From: Candidatus Limnocylindria bacterium
GTDB lineage: Bacteria > Eisenbacteria > RBG-16-71-46
DNA: 64,000 bases
Assembly (NCBI GenBank): GCA_035632955.1
Contig: DASQFU010000008.1
Coordinates: 102-64,101 of the forward strand
Direction: 5' to 3'
The first letter of the stretch is position 1. Each line of letters begins with the position of its first letter. Position numbers and translations under genes: made by a program. The notes beneath the pieces were generated by a model. The model searched no databases. It had not been told where the DNA came from and was given only the letters and a program-made list of their open reading frames with translations. Shown one piece after another: positions 1 through 8,673 of the stretch.

Positions 1-845
1 CCGCCGCGCCGGACCAGCGCACGCGCCGGACGCAGCTTGAGCAAGGCATGCAGCGCACGGCGGGTGCGCCCCATGGTGTAGACCTCGAGCGTGTTGCTGA
101 GCGAGAACAGGAACATCAGCACCGCGGCCTCGAACACGTAACCGATGATGGCCGCGCCCGCCGCCGCCAGGATCATCAGCAGGTTGACGTCGAAGCGAAA
201 ACGCGCGAGCGCCTTGAACGTCGAACGCAGCGCGAACCAACCTCCGCACAGCGCCGAGACGAAGTACGCGGCGTAGGGCCACGCGGCCGGCGCGTCCGTC
301 CGCTCGAGCACCATGCCGGCGACGAGCAACACCAGACACGCCGCGGCGAGCGTCGCCATCGCCCGATTCTTGGCGTAGTGCGCCTGCTCGGCGGGCGAGA
401 AGCTGGCGCCCCAGGGCTTGGTGCCGGCGAACGGTCGCACCAGCTCCGCCATATCGGCGGGGACTCGCGTCCGCGCGAGACCGATCCGGCCCGGGTCGGC
501 GGTGACGCTGAACTCCTCGGCTCCGGCCGCCGGCACACGACCGAGTCGCAATGCGCACTCGTCGCATGCGCCCGGAGCTTGCCGTCGCTCGCAGTAGGTG
601 ACCCGCTGCGCGAACAGGGCGGCCACCTCGTCGGCGAGCGCGTTGAGCTGGTCGAGCTCGACCAGCGCGGGTTGATAACGCACCGTCACCGTGCTGTCGC
701 GGAAATTGGCTTCAATCGCCACCACGCCGGGGCTGTGGCGCAGGCGGTCGAACAGGATCTCGAGGCAGCCCTCGCCCTCCGCGATCACCGGCAGGTGGTG
801 CGAATCCTCGCCGTTGGCGAGTGGGCGCGCGACGGGAGTGGTCAT
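1..845 (-). CDS. Heavy-metal translocating P1B-type ATPase, N-terminal part (gene continues past the window start)
   Basis: Missing from the ORF track because no stop codon lies inside the window. The reverse-strand ATG at 845-843 opens MTTPVARPLANGEDSHHLPVIAEGEGCLEILFDRL. My hand translation reaches position 1 without a stop. It ends FDVNLLMILAAAGAAIIGYVFEAAVLMFLFSLSNTLEVYTMGRTRRALHALLKLRPARALVRR, typical of the TM3-TM4/actuator entry of ZntA/CadA/CopA-type pumps. The N-terminal HMA-like segment lacks GMxCxxC but is followed by a CDEC pair. Confidence 0.8.
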   Translation of the reverse strand, partial: MTTPVARPLANGEDSHHLPVIAEGEGCLEILFDRLRHSPGVVAIEANFRDSTVTVRYQPALVELDQLNALADEVAALFAQRVTYCERRQAPGACDECALRLGRVPAAGAEEFSVTADPGRIGLARTRVPADMAELVRPFAGTKPWGASFSPAEQAHYAKNRAMATLAAACLVLLVAGMVLERTDAPAAWPYAAYFVSALCGGWFALRSTFKALARFRFDVNLLMILAAAGAAIIGYVFEAAVLMFLFSLSNTLEVYTMGRTRRALHALLKLRPARALVRRG

Positions 846-931
846 CCGCGAGACGTTAGCACAGGGTTCGGACGGGCCCTGCGCGAGTGGTCCGGTCTCG
901 GCCGAACCGGCTGGTTCACTACCCCGCAAAC

Positions 932-971
932 GAGAGACGGCCGCCCGAGCGCGCTCGGACGGCCGTCTCTC
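932..971 (-). terminator. Long GC-rich hairpin, probably the terminator of the cytochrome/beta-propeller gene
   Basis: GAGAGACGGCCG (932-943) pairs perfectly with CGGCCGTCTCTC (960-971). The inner CCGAGCGCGCTCGG is also palindromic, so the stem is about 19 bp with one mismatch. It sits 14 nt downstream of the minus-strand stop at 985-987 and upstream of the ATPase start at 845. The trailing U-run is weak (GTTTG). Confidence 0.5.
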
Positions 972-984
972 GACGTCGGTCGTT

Positions 985-3801
985 CTAGCGGATGCGGACG
1001 AGAGGTCTCACCCAGGTTCCGGTCTCGGTGCGCATGCGCACGAAATACATTCCGACGCCCGCCTCGCCTCCGTCGTTGCGGCGGCCGTTCCACTCCACGC
1101 TCCACCGCCCCGCCTCGAAACGACGCCCGTGCGCGAGGTCGCGCACCTCACGACCCAGCACGTCGTAGACGACGACGTCCACCGCCGCGGCGCGCGCGAG
1201 CGTGAACAGCACTTCCGCGCGCTGCTTGAACGGATTCGGGCTCACCCGCTCCAGTCCGTTTCTCGCGCCTTCCACGCCGTCCCCGACGGCCACGTTCAGC
1301 GGCGTCGAGAGCGGATCCCCGGAGAGGCTGCCCGCATCCAGCTCGTCACCGTCGCGATAGCTGTCGCGATCCCGGTCGTTCCCCATCCGATGGCCGCTGC
1401 CACGCGGCACGCCGGTCACGGTCACGGCGTGGGCCGGATCGGTCGCCAGCGCCAGCAACTGAGCCGTCGTCAGGTTCGACGCCGACGCCTTGTCAGGCTG
1501 CCATGCATCGCCACCCAGGTATTCCCAGCCACGCGGCTGCGTCCCGACCCGGCCCTTGGCGATGACGTCGATGTTGCCCGCGGCGAACTGACTGCGCAGC
1601 GTGTCAACGCGTGACGCTCCCTCGGGATTCGATGCGCCGTCGAACGTCACCTGCACGCCTACGGCCGGCGCCGTGCCGGTCGGGAACGCCATCAGGAACG
1701 CTGCAACGTCACGGCGCGCGGGATGCGCGATGCCGGTGTCCGGATTGAAGCTGAACTGCGGGAGCCGGAGGAAGTTGAACAGGTTGTCGATCGCACCGTC
1801 GTGCGTGAATCCGGTGCCGCGCTTGCTGCTCGCGCCGGTCTCGTCGGTGAAGCCCGTCTTGCGATACAGATTTCGGAGCTGCGGCACCTTGAGGTCCTGG
1901 TCTTCGAATAGCAGCGAGTCGGGCACCATCACGCGGTTGGTGCCGGCCGGCAACGAATGGCAGTCGACGCACCGGTTGCTGCCGGAGATCGGGGTGTTGA
2001 GGAAGAACGTCTCGCCGTCGGCCGGGCTCGGTGCGCCGGCGTAGTCCGGCAGCGTGTTGTCGAGGAACCGGTGCGGGTTGGGCGGATTGGCGAGCGGCAT
2101 CGCGAAGTCGTTGAACGCCGTCATCTCGCTGTCGGGAAGCTGGGCGGAGCGTCCCATCAGGGAAACGAACGCACCATTGAAGGCGGACAGGTTCACACGA
2201 TCACCGCGCCAATGCAGCGGCTCGGTGTTCGTCATGCCGCGCAGCGTCTGCGTGGTCATCGGACCCTTTTGCGGATCGAAGCCTTCGAGTCCGAGCGGAT
2301 TGGAGACCGGCGGATCGATGTATTCGGCGAACGGATCCCCGAGATCCCAGGCCAGGTTGTCCATGTCTCCGAAGATGTGACATGACGCGCACGCCTGATC
2401 GCCGTGTCCGGAGGTGGAGCCGCCGTAGAAAAACTTGCGTCCGTTGACGATTGCATCGGGCGTCGGGTCGAAGCCGATCCGGGTGACGTGCAGCGAAACC
2501 AGGCTGTCCGACGACAACGTCTGAAGCTGGTTGTGGAACCGGCCGACGACGTAGATCCGGCCGCGCGGCTCGTCGAGCACCATCCCGCTCGGCCCCCGGA
2601 TCGTCGGCACGCGCGCCAGGATCTGGTTGGCTCCGGCGCCCGGGTTCAGCACCGCGAGCCGGTTGTTGGAGAACGCGGTCACGTACACGCGCTGGTTGTT
2701 GCTGGAAAACGCCACCGCGGTGGGGATGCCGAGCGCCGAGTCCACTTCGGCTTGCGGCCCGGGAGTGACCGTGTAGTTGATGTGCGGATTGAGCAGCCGC
2801 TGGGAAAGCGTGCCGGCGGGCGTGACGTAGCTGATCCGCGTGTCGACGAGGTAGCCGCGCAGCTTGGGCTCGAAGCGCAATTGATTGCGGCCCTCGGTGC
2901 CGACCGACACCAGGCGTCCGTCGGGCGCCACGGCGACGTTGTAGTTCACGCTGCCGAGGCCGCTGAAGTTGCGGCTCACCGTGTTGGTCGTGGTGTTGAT
3001 CTCGGAGACGTCCGCGTCCGGCATCGTGTACTTGACCTTCGAGCTCCACAGCTTGCCGTACTCGTCGTACCAGCCTGCGCCCTCGCCGCCAAACGCCAGG
3101 TACTGAACGATGCCGCCGACATCGGGCGGAGCGATGTGACCGTGTTTGTTGTTGATGTCGCGGGGGAAATCGGGGTCGTCGGGAATCGAATCGGCGACTT
3201 CCGCCGCCGTAAGCACCGTGGTCCGGTTGCCGGCGTTGAAGATCGCCGCGAACACGAGCGTGCCCGCGGCGTTCTTCGCGAGCGCGCGCGGCATCCGCCC
3301 CGCCACGGGGATGGTCGTGACGAGCCCCAACGTCGTCGAGTCGTAGACCCTGATCGCGTCTTCCTGCGACACGCTCACGTACGCATGCTCCGACGGGCCC
3401 GCGAACACGATGTCACTCGGCTCGTCGCCGACCCGCAGCGTCGCTTTCACGTGCTTGGTCGTGAGGTCGACGATACTGACGTTGTCCGAGAGATGATTGA
3501 CGACCCAAGCTTCGGTGTTGCTGCGCGCGGCCACCGACACCGGCTCGAGCCCCACCGGGATCTCCGCGATCCGCTCCGGCGTCGGCGTGGTCAGATCGAA
3601 AACCGTCAGGTGGTTGTCGGGCGTGCTGACGACGAGCAGCCGCGTTCCGTCCGGTGTCAGAACCGCCGGATGCACGTGCGAGCTCTCGAAGTGGGTGAAA
3701 TCGGGGTCGGTCTGGGTCCGGGAGACGAGATGTCGAGGAGCGACCGCGATCCCCACCGCCAAGGCCGAAAGCGCGAACAGCAGCGTGAAGCGACGAACCA
3801 T
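985..3801 (-). CDS. Secreted beta-propeller (YVTN/lactonase-type repeats) fused to a di-haem cytochrome c peroxidase/MauG-like module, with a FlgD-Ig/T9SS-type C-terminal domain
   Basis: ORF 985..3999 trimmed to ATG 3801, which gives the signal peptide MVRRFTLLFALSALAVGIAVA. It has two CxxCH haem motifs (ACASCH, CVDCH) and an FTHDGAIDNL segment typical of the CCP/MauG family. The last ~80 aa (PNPF...VVVYDVLGREV...GMYFVRMRT) look like a C-terminal sorting/Ig domain. Confidence 0.85.
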   Translation of the reverse strand: MVRRFTLLFALSALAVGIAVAPRHLVSRTQTDPDFTHFESSHVHPAVLTPDGTRLLVVSTPDNHLTVFDLTTPTPERIAEIPVGLEPVSVAARSNTEAWVVNHLSDNVSIVDLTTKHVKATLRVGDEPSDIVFAGPSEHAYVSVSQEDAIRVYDSTTLGLVTTIPVAGRMPRALAKNAAGTLVFAAIFNAGNRTTVLTAAEVADSIPDDPDFPRDINNKHGHIAPPDVGGIVQYLAFGGEGAGWYDEYGKLWSSKVKYTMPDADVSEINTTTNTVSRNFSGLGSVNYNVAVAPDGRLVSVGTEGRNQLRFEPKLRGYLVDTRISYVTPAGTLSQRLLNPHINYTVTPGPQAEVDSALGIPTAVAFSSNNQRVYVTAFSNNRLAVLNPGAGANQILARVPTIRGPSGMVLDEPRGRIYVVGRFHNQLQTLSSDSLVSLHVTRIGFDPTPDAIVNGRKFFYGGSTSGHGDQACASCHIFGDMDNLAWDLGDPFAEYIDPPVSNPLGLEGFDPQKGPMTTQTLRGMTNTEPLHWRGDRVNLSAFNGAFVSLMGRSAQLPDSEMTAFNDFAMPLANPPNPHRFLDNTLPDYAGAPSPADGETFFLNTPISGSNRCVDCHSLPAGTNRVMVPDSLLFEDQDLKVPQLRNLYRKTGFTDETGASSKRGTGFTHDGAIDNLFNFLRLPQFSFNPDTGIAHPARRDVAAFLMAFPTGTAPAVGVQVTFDGASNPEGASRVDTLRSQFAAGNIDVIAKGRVGTQPRGWEYLGGDAWQPDKASASNLTTAQLLALATDPAHAVTVTGVPRGSGHRMGNDRDRDSYRDGDELDAGSLSGDPLSTPLNVAVGDGVEGARNGLERVSPNPFKQRAEVLFTLARAAAVDVVVYDVLGREVRDLAHGRRFEAGRWSVEWNGRRNDGGEAGVGMYFVRMRTETGTWVRPLVRIR

Positions 3802-3881
3802 GACGGTACTCCCGGGGGTCGACGAATCGCGGCGGACAGGCGGTAGTCCGGGACGGCCGAAAATCGGAAAAAAGCCCGAGC

Positions 3882-3890
3882 ATTCTATCA
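3882..3890 (-). promoter_or_regulatory. Candidate extended -10 promoter element (TGATAGAAT on the minus strand) for the cytochrome/beta-propeller gene
   Basis: The reverse complement of attctatca (3882-3890) reads TGATAGAAT, i.e. TGn plus TAGAAT (5/6 match to TATAAT). It lies ~80 nt upstream of ATG 3801 in an unusually AT-rich patch. I found no good -35 element. Confidence 0.3.
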
Positions 3891-4059
3891 TCGGCTGCGC
3901 GGTTCCCACAGTGGCAACTCGTTCCGCCGACATTTTTTCGCGTCCGGCCGCCCGCCAGCAAGGGGTGAGGCGTGGGAAGAAGGGTGGAAGCGCTCGCACG
4001 CGACGCGATACTGCCCCTCCGGGCAGGACTTCAGCTTGCGATCGCGCGACTGACCGAAC

Positions 4060-4076
4060 CTGAGCCGAAGGCTCAG
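4060..4076 (-). terminator. Short hairpin just downstream of the HMA-domain gene (weak terminator candidate)
   Basis: CTGAGCC-GAA-GGCTCAG, a 7-bp perfect stem with a 3-nt loop, lies 20 nt past the minus-strand stop at 4096. No U-tract follows. Confidence 0.25.
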
Positions 4077-4095
4077 TTCGAGGCCCGGATTCCGA

Positions 4096-4446
4096 TCACT
4101 TCGGCACGATAGCGGCGAGGAAGCCCGGCCCAGCGCGCTGGATGGCGCCGACCAGGCTGCTGTCGGGAAGCGACCGGTCGCAGACGACGTAGGCCCGATC
4201 CTGCTGTATGCGCACCTCGGACGCCGAGACGCCGGGGAGACTCGCGAGGTTGCCCTGGACCCGAGCCGCACAGCCGCCGCAGGTCATACCCGAGACCTCG
4301 ATCGTGACGACCCGCTCTCCCGAACGCGCGGCGAGCCGTTCCTGGCTCGGCAGGCTGCGGAGCTCACGGAACAGCCACGGCCCACCCACCGCCAGGAGCA
4401 GGACGGCGGCAACGATCGCGATGCTGTTCCAAGGAGATGTCTTCAC
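4096..4446 (-). CDS. Membrane-anchored heavy-metal-associated (HMA) domain protein (MerP/CopZ-like metal-binding protein)
   Basis: 116 aa with a GTG start. An N-terminal TM helix (IAIVAAVLLLAVGGPWLF) is followed by the canonical HMA motif VSGMTCGGCAARV. Confidence 0.85.
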   Translation of the reverse strand: MKTSPWNSIAIVAAVLLLAVGGPWLFRELRSLPSQERLAARSGERVVTIEVSGMTCGGCAARVQGNLASLPGVSASEVRIQQDRAYVVCDRSLPDSSLVGAIQRAGPGFLAAIVPK

Positions 4447-4679
4447 CAGAGGCCCTCATGTGCGGCGTCCCCGAAAGATAGCCCAACGCCCTGCAGGGCC
4501 AAAGCCAACCATACGTCCGCCGTGGTCTTGATGCCGTCTTGATGCGTGGGAGTCCCCTTGGAAGGAAAACGCACCTTCCTGTCCCGGCTGCTGGGGCCGC
4601 TCCGCCCTCTCGTCCACGAGCCCGCCCGAGCGTTTTCTGGTCGCGCTCGCGGCAAGCGTCATGGTTGCCACCTAATCGC

Positions 4680-5483
4680 TCAATGGGCGCGGCTGCAGAA
4701 GGCCTTCGCCAGCAGCACCGCGCCAAGGGTCGTGATCAACACGGCGCTGACGCGCGGGACGTAGACCGCCAGTCCGCGCGAGTCGAACATGCGTGAAGCC
4801 CACTGGCCGGCCTGAACGAACAGGACGCCAATCGCGATCAAGGTCGCGGCGATGCCGAGACTCATCGCCCCGACAACTGCAATTCCGGCAGCCGGCCGCC
4901 CGAGATTGACCGCCGCCAGAAGCGCGGTAAGCGCCGCGGGACAGGGGACCAGCCCGCCCGAAGCGCCTACGGCCATCAAGGCCCACATTCCGAGCGGATT
5001 CTTCCCATCAGGAAGGCGGACCTCATGGGTATGGCCATGGTGTGTGTGGCCGTGGGTGTGTTGTCCGAGTTCGTGTCCGTGGGTGTGAGCGTGCGCGTGG
5101 TCGTGCGCATGGTCATGAGCGTGCTCATCGGCATGCTCGTGGCAGGTAAGCCCGGCACGCGACAGCAACCCGAACGAAGTTCGGATCATCCAGAGTCCGA
5201 CACCGAGCACGAGGATCCCCGAGACGATCTCGAGCCACCGGGTCACCTCCGCAGTCGCGAACCTGCCGGCCAGCACCAGGGCGCCGATCGCGAGCAGGAA
5301 AACGATGAGCGTATGTGTGACGGTTACCACCAAGCCGAGCAGAAACGCATGTTGGACGCCGCCACGGGATGCCACCAGATAGGCGCCCATGATGGATTTG
5401 CCGTGGCCGGGTTCTAGGGCGTGGAGCGCTCCCAGACCGAAAGCAACGAGCAAGATCCAACCGAGATTTGCGGACCAATCCAT
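4680..5483 (-). CDS. NicO/RcnA-family nickel/cobalt efflux permease with a His-rich loop
   Basis: 267 aa. It carries the HALEPGHGKS signature near the N-terminus, about 6 TM helices, and a central loop HEHADEHAHDHAHDHAHAHTHGHELGQHTHGHTHHGHTHE. It lies 34 nt downstream of the RND pump gene on the same strand. Confidence 0.85.
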   Translation of the reverse strand: MDWSANLGWILLVAFGLGALHALEPGHGKSIMGAYLVASRGGVQHAFLLGLVVTVTHTLIVFLLAIGALVLAGRFATAEVTRWLEIVSGILVLGVGLWMIRTSFGLLSRAGLTCHEHADEHAHDHAHDHAHAHTHGHELGQHTHGHTHHGHTHEVRLPDGKNPLGMWALMAVGASGGLVPCPAALTALLAAVNLGRPAAGIAVVGAMSLGIAATLIAIGVLFVQAGQWASRMFDSRGLAVYVPRVSAVLITTLGAVLLAKAFCSRAH

Positions 5484-5517
5484 GATTCCTCCGCCTACGG
5501 TGTACGGTTGAAACAGG

Positions 5518-8500
5518 TCAGATCTGAGCTGGCCGCTGTTCCAGGAGTGTGGCCTGATGCTCGGGGTCTCTCACTCGGCCGAGGATCACTCCACCCCAGC
5601 GCGCGAACAGCACTGGCACGACGACCATGTTGAGAAAGGTCGAGGTCAGGAGTCCGCCGAGGATTACCTGGCCCATCGGACTCTGGATCTCGTTACCAGG
5701 TTTTCCGCCTGCCAGAACGAGCGGGATGAGCGCCAGCCCCGCGCAGAGCGCCGTCATCAACACCGGCGCGAGCCGTTCGCGAGAGCCGCGGCGGACGGTT
5801 TCGGGAAGCGACACGCCTTCGGCCATCAAGTGCTGATAGTGGCTGACGAGAAGCACCCCGTTGCGGGTGGCGATGCCAAAGAGCGTGATGAACCCGACGA
5901 GCGCGGCCACGCTCAAAGTTCCGCTGCCGAGCGCCACCGCGAAGACGCCGCCGATGAGCGCCAGGGGCAGGTTGACGAGCACGATCAGCGTGTGGCGGTG
6001 GTTTCGGAAGGCGACGTAGAGCAGGGCATACATCGCGAGCAGTATGAGCACCGAGAGCACGGCGAGGGTTCGGACACTCGAGGCCGCCTGCTCGAACTGG
6101 CCACCGTACGTGACCCGGTATCCCGGAGGCAGGGTTAGCCCGCGATCGAGCCGACGCTGAGCTTCCTCGACGGTGCCCGCCAGGTCCGCGCCGGAGACGT
6201 TGGCCGTGATCATTGCGATTCGTTCCACGTTCTCGCGGCGGACCATGCTTGGTCCGAGATCGAAGCGTGCGCGAGCCACCTCGCCGAGTCGAATGGTCGT
6301 TCCCGGAGCTGTCGTAACCGGCAAGGCTTCGAGCTGTTCGCGATGCATCCGATGTTGTTCGGGAAAGCGCACCACCACCCGCGAGACGATGCCGTCCTCG
6401 ATGACCTCGCCGACTGCGGTTCCTTGGAAGAGAGACTCGACCGTGCGCGCGAGCGAGGCGGCGGTCAGGCCATATCGGGCCATGGCAGTGCGATCGAAAT
6501 CGATGAGAAGCTGTGGCACGCTCGCCTGCTCCTGATTGCTGAGGTCGACGATTCCCGGCACCCCGCGCAGCAGTTGCTCGGCGCGGGCCGAGAGGCCACG
6601 CAAGACTGCCAAGTCTGGGCCAAAAATCTTGACCGCCAGGTTCGACTTGCTGCCCGAGACCATGTGGTCGATCCGGTGGCTGATCGGCTGGCCAAAACTC
6701 ACCTCGGCACCGGGAATGGTCGAAACCGCCTTGCGCATCACGGCCAAGAGCACTTCCTTCGGCCGACCGGGCTTCAGCACGACTTCCATCTCGGAAGCGT
6801 TGACGCCTTGCACGTGCTCGTCCTTCTCAGCCCGGCCCGTGCGCCGGCTCGTCGAGACCACCTCCGAGAACGACAGGAGTGACCTCTCCACCTCCCGGCC
6901 AATGGCATCGCTCTCCTCGAGCGTGATGCCGGGGGCGCTCACGACCGAGACGGTGAGCGAACCCTCGTTGAAGGGCGGCAGAAAACTCCGTCCGAGCAGT
7001 GGCAGGATCGCCAGTGCCGCTAGGAATAGGACCCCAGTAACGATGTATACGACTCGGGACCGACTCATCACCCAGTCGAGGTCCCGCTCGTAACGCTGCT
7101 TGAGGGTGCGAAGCAGCCATGGTTCGTCACGATCGATCGCCTTCGAGGCCGGCAACAGCAGGTAGCAGAGCACTGGCGTCACGGTCAGCGAGACCAAGAA
7201 GGATGCGGCCAGGGCCGCGATGTATGCGAATCCGAGCGGCTGCAGCAGCCGGCCCTCGATACCCGGCAACACGAACAGCGGCAGGAAAACCAGCACGATG
7301 ATGAGCGTGGCGAAAAAGATCGGGTTGCTGACCTCCGAGGTCCCAGCGAAGACCACGTCCAGGGCTGACCGGCGCGCCTCCTCGTCCTTCCGGCGCTCCT
7401 CCCGCAGTCGGCGGAACACGTTCTCCACCGCAATGATCGCGTCATCTACCAAAGCGCCGATGGCAATCGTCAGCCCGCCAAGTGACATCGTGTTGATGGT
7501 CCCGCCGAAGAGGGAGATGGTGAGAATGCCGGCAAGCAATGACAGCGGAATGGCAAGGGCCGAGATGGCCGTCGTACGGATGTTCCCGAGAAACAGGAAG
7601 AGGATGATCACCACGAGGATGGCTCCATCGCGGAGGGCTGCCGTGACGTTCTCGATCGCGACGTGAATGAAATCGGCTTGTCGGAAGTTCTCCTTCTCGA
7701 TCACCACGCCTTCGGGAAGGCTGCGCTGTAGTCGGAGGAGCGCCTGATCGATCTCACGCGTCAATGCGATCGTGTTCGCGCCCGGCTGCTTTTGGACGCT
7801 TAGGATGACCGCGGGCTGCGCCTTGTAGGCGGCGGTACCACGCTTCGGTTCGGCACCTTCACGCACGACACCGAGGTCTCCTACCGTGATGGGAATGCCT
7901 CCCTCTGCCACGCGGACGACCGCCGAGGACAGATCCTGCACACCACGTGCTCGGCCCAGGCCACGGACCAGGTACTCTTGACCCTGATCCACGTGAAATC
8001 CGGCCGCCGGACTCTGCGTAACCTGGCCGAGCTGTTCGGCGACCTCGTCCACGCTCACCGCACGCTGGGCGAGCGCCGCCGGGTCGAGCTCAACCTGGAA
8101 CTCGCGAACGTCGCCGCCGATCGGCACCACCTGCGAGATGCCTGGGATGGCCAATAGGCTCCGGCGCAGAGTGGTTTCGGCTATGCGCCGCAGCTCCATC
8201 GGAGGAATCGCGGCCGCGCGTGAGGTGAGGGCGATGAAGGTGATCTCGCCCATGATCGAGCTGATCGGCCCGAGCTCCGGCGACTCGACGTGGGACGGCA
8301 GGCTGACACCTTGCACGCGCTCGGCCACGACCTGTCGCGCCCGGTAGACGTCCTCCCCCCACTCGAACTCCACCCAGATAACGGAGATTCCGACCGCGGA
8401 GACCGACCTTACTCGCCGCACGCCGGGGGCGCCGTTGAGCGTGGACTCGAGCGGAAAAGTGACCAGCAGCTCGACTTCCTCCGGGGCCATGCCTGGGCCT

Positions 8501-8658
8501 TCGGTGATCACGGTCACGGTCGGTGCTGTAAGGTCGGGAAAGATGTCTACCGGCATCCGCGTAACCCACAGAGACCCCAAGATGAGAAGCAGCCCGGCCA
8601 GGACGAGCACGACCGTGCGATGCAGGAGGGCGAGGCGAATCAGATGATTGAGCATCAA
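5518..8658 (-). CDS. CusA/CzcA-family heavy-metal efflux RND transporter (inner-membrane pump)
   Basis: 1046 aa with the 12-TM RND architecture. From memory, the TM4 motif GGLTIAIGALVDDAIIAVEN resembles the CusA-type AxGAxVDAAIVxxEN more than the CzcA-type DFGx3DGAx3VEN. Confidence 0.95.
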   Translation of the reverse strand: MMLNHLIRLALLHRTVVLVLAGLLLILGSLWVTRMPVDIFPDLTAPTVTVITEGPGMAPEEVELLVTFPLESTLNGAPGVRRVRSVSAVGISVIWVEFEWGEDVYRARQVVAERVQGVSLPSHVESPELGPISSIMGEITFIALTSRAAAIPPMELRRIAETTLRRSLLAIPGISQVVPIGGDVREFQVELDPAALAQRAVSVDEVAEQLGQVTQSPAAGFHVDQGQEYLVRGLGRARGVQDLSSAVVRVAEGGIPITVGDLGVVREGAEPKRGTAAYKAQPAVILSVQKQPGANTIALTREIDQALLRLQRSLPEGVVIEKENFRQADFIHVAIENVTAALRDGAILVVIILFLFLGNIRTTAISALAIPLSLLAGILTISLFGGTINTMSLGGLTIAIGALVDDAIIAVENVFRRLREERRKDEEARRSALDVVFAGTSEVSNPIFFATLIIVLVFLPLFVLPGIEGRLLQPLGFAYIAALAASFLVSLTVTPVLCYLLLPASKAIDRDEPWLLRTLKQRYERDLDWVMSRSRVVYIVTGVLFLAALAILPLLGRSFLPPFNEGSLTVSVVSAPGITLEESDAIGREVERSLLSFSEVVSTSRRTGRAEKDEHVQGVNASEMEVVLKPGRPKEVLLAVMRKAVSTIPGAEVSFGQPISHRIDHMVSGSKSNLAVKIFGPDLAVLRGLSARAEQLLRGVPGIVDLSNQEQASVPQLLIDFDRTAMARYGLTAASLARTVESLFQGTAVGEVIEDGIVSRVVVRFPEQHRMHREQLEALPVTTAPGTTIRLGEVARARFDLGPSMVRRENVERIAMITANVSGADLAGTVEEAQRRLDRGLTLPPGYRVTYGGQFEQAASSVRTLAVLSVLILLAMYALLYVAFRNHRHTLIVLVNLPLALIGGVFAVALGSGTLSVAALVGFITLFGIATRNGVLLVSHYQHLMAEGVSLPETVRRGSRERLAPVLMTALCAGLALIPLVLAGGKPGNEIQSPMGQVILGGLLTSTFLNMVVVPVLFARWGGVILGRVRDPEHQATLLEQRPAQI

Positions 8659-8673
8659 GTTCTCCTCGCAGCG

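Noticed and set aside
48-1205. 385-aa plus-strand ORF (Arg/Gly/Pro-rich), with overlapping ORFs 176-538 and 691-1614
   Set aside because: The composition is typical of an off-frame or antisense reading of high-GC coding DNA. The opposite strand encodes a clean P1B-ATPase N-terminus (1-845) and the 3' end of the cytochrome gene.
5022-5141. Repetitive CAC/CAT/GAC-rich tract that looked at first like a tandem or short-period repeat
   Set aside because: It is the in-frame His/Asp-rich cytoplasmic loop of the RcnA-like transporter (HEHADEHAHDHAHDHAHAHTHGH...). It is not a non-coding repeat or CRISPR-like array.
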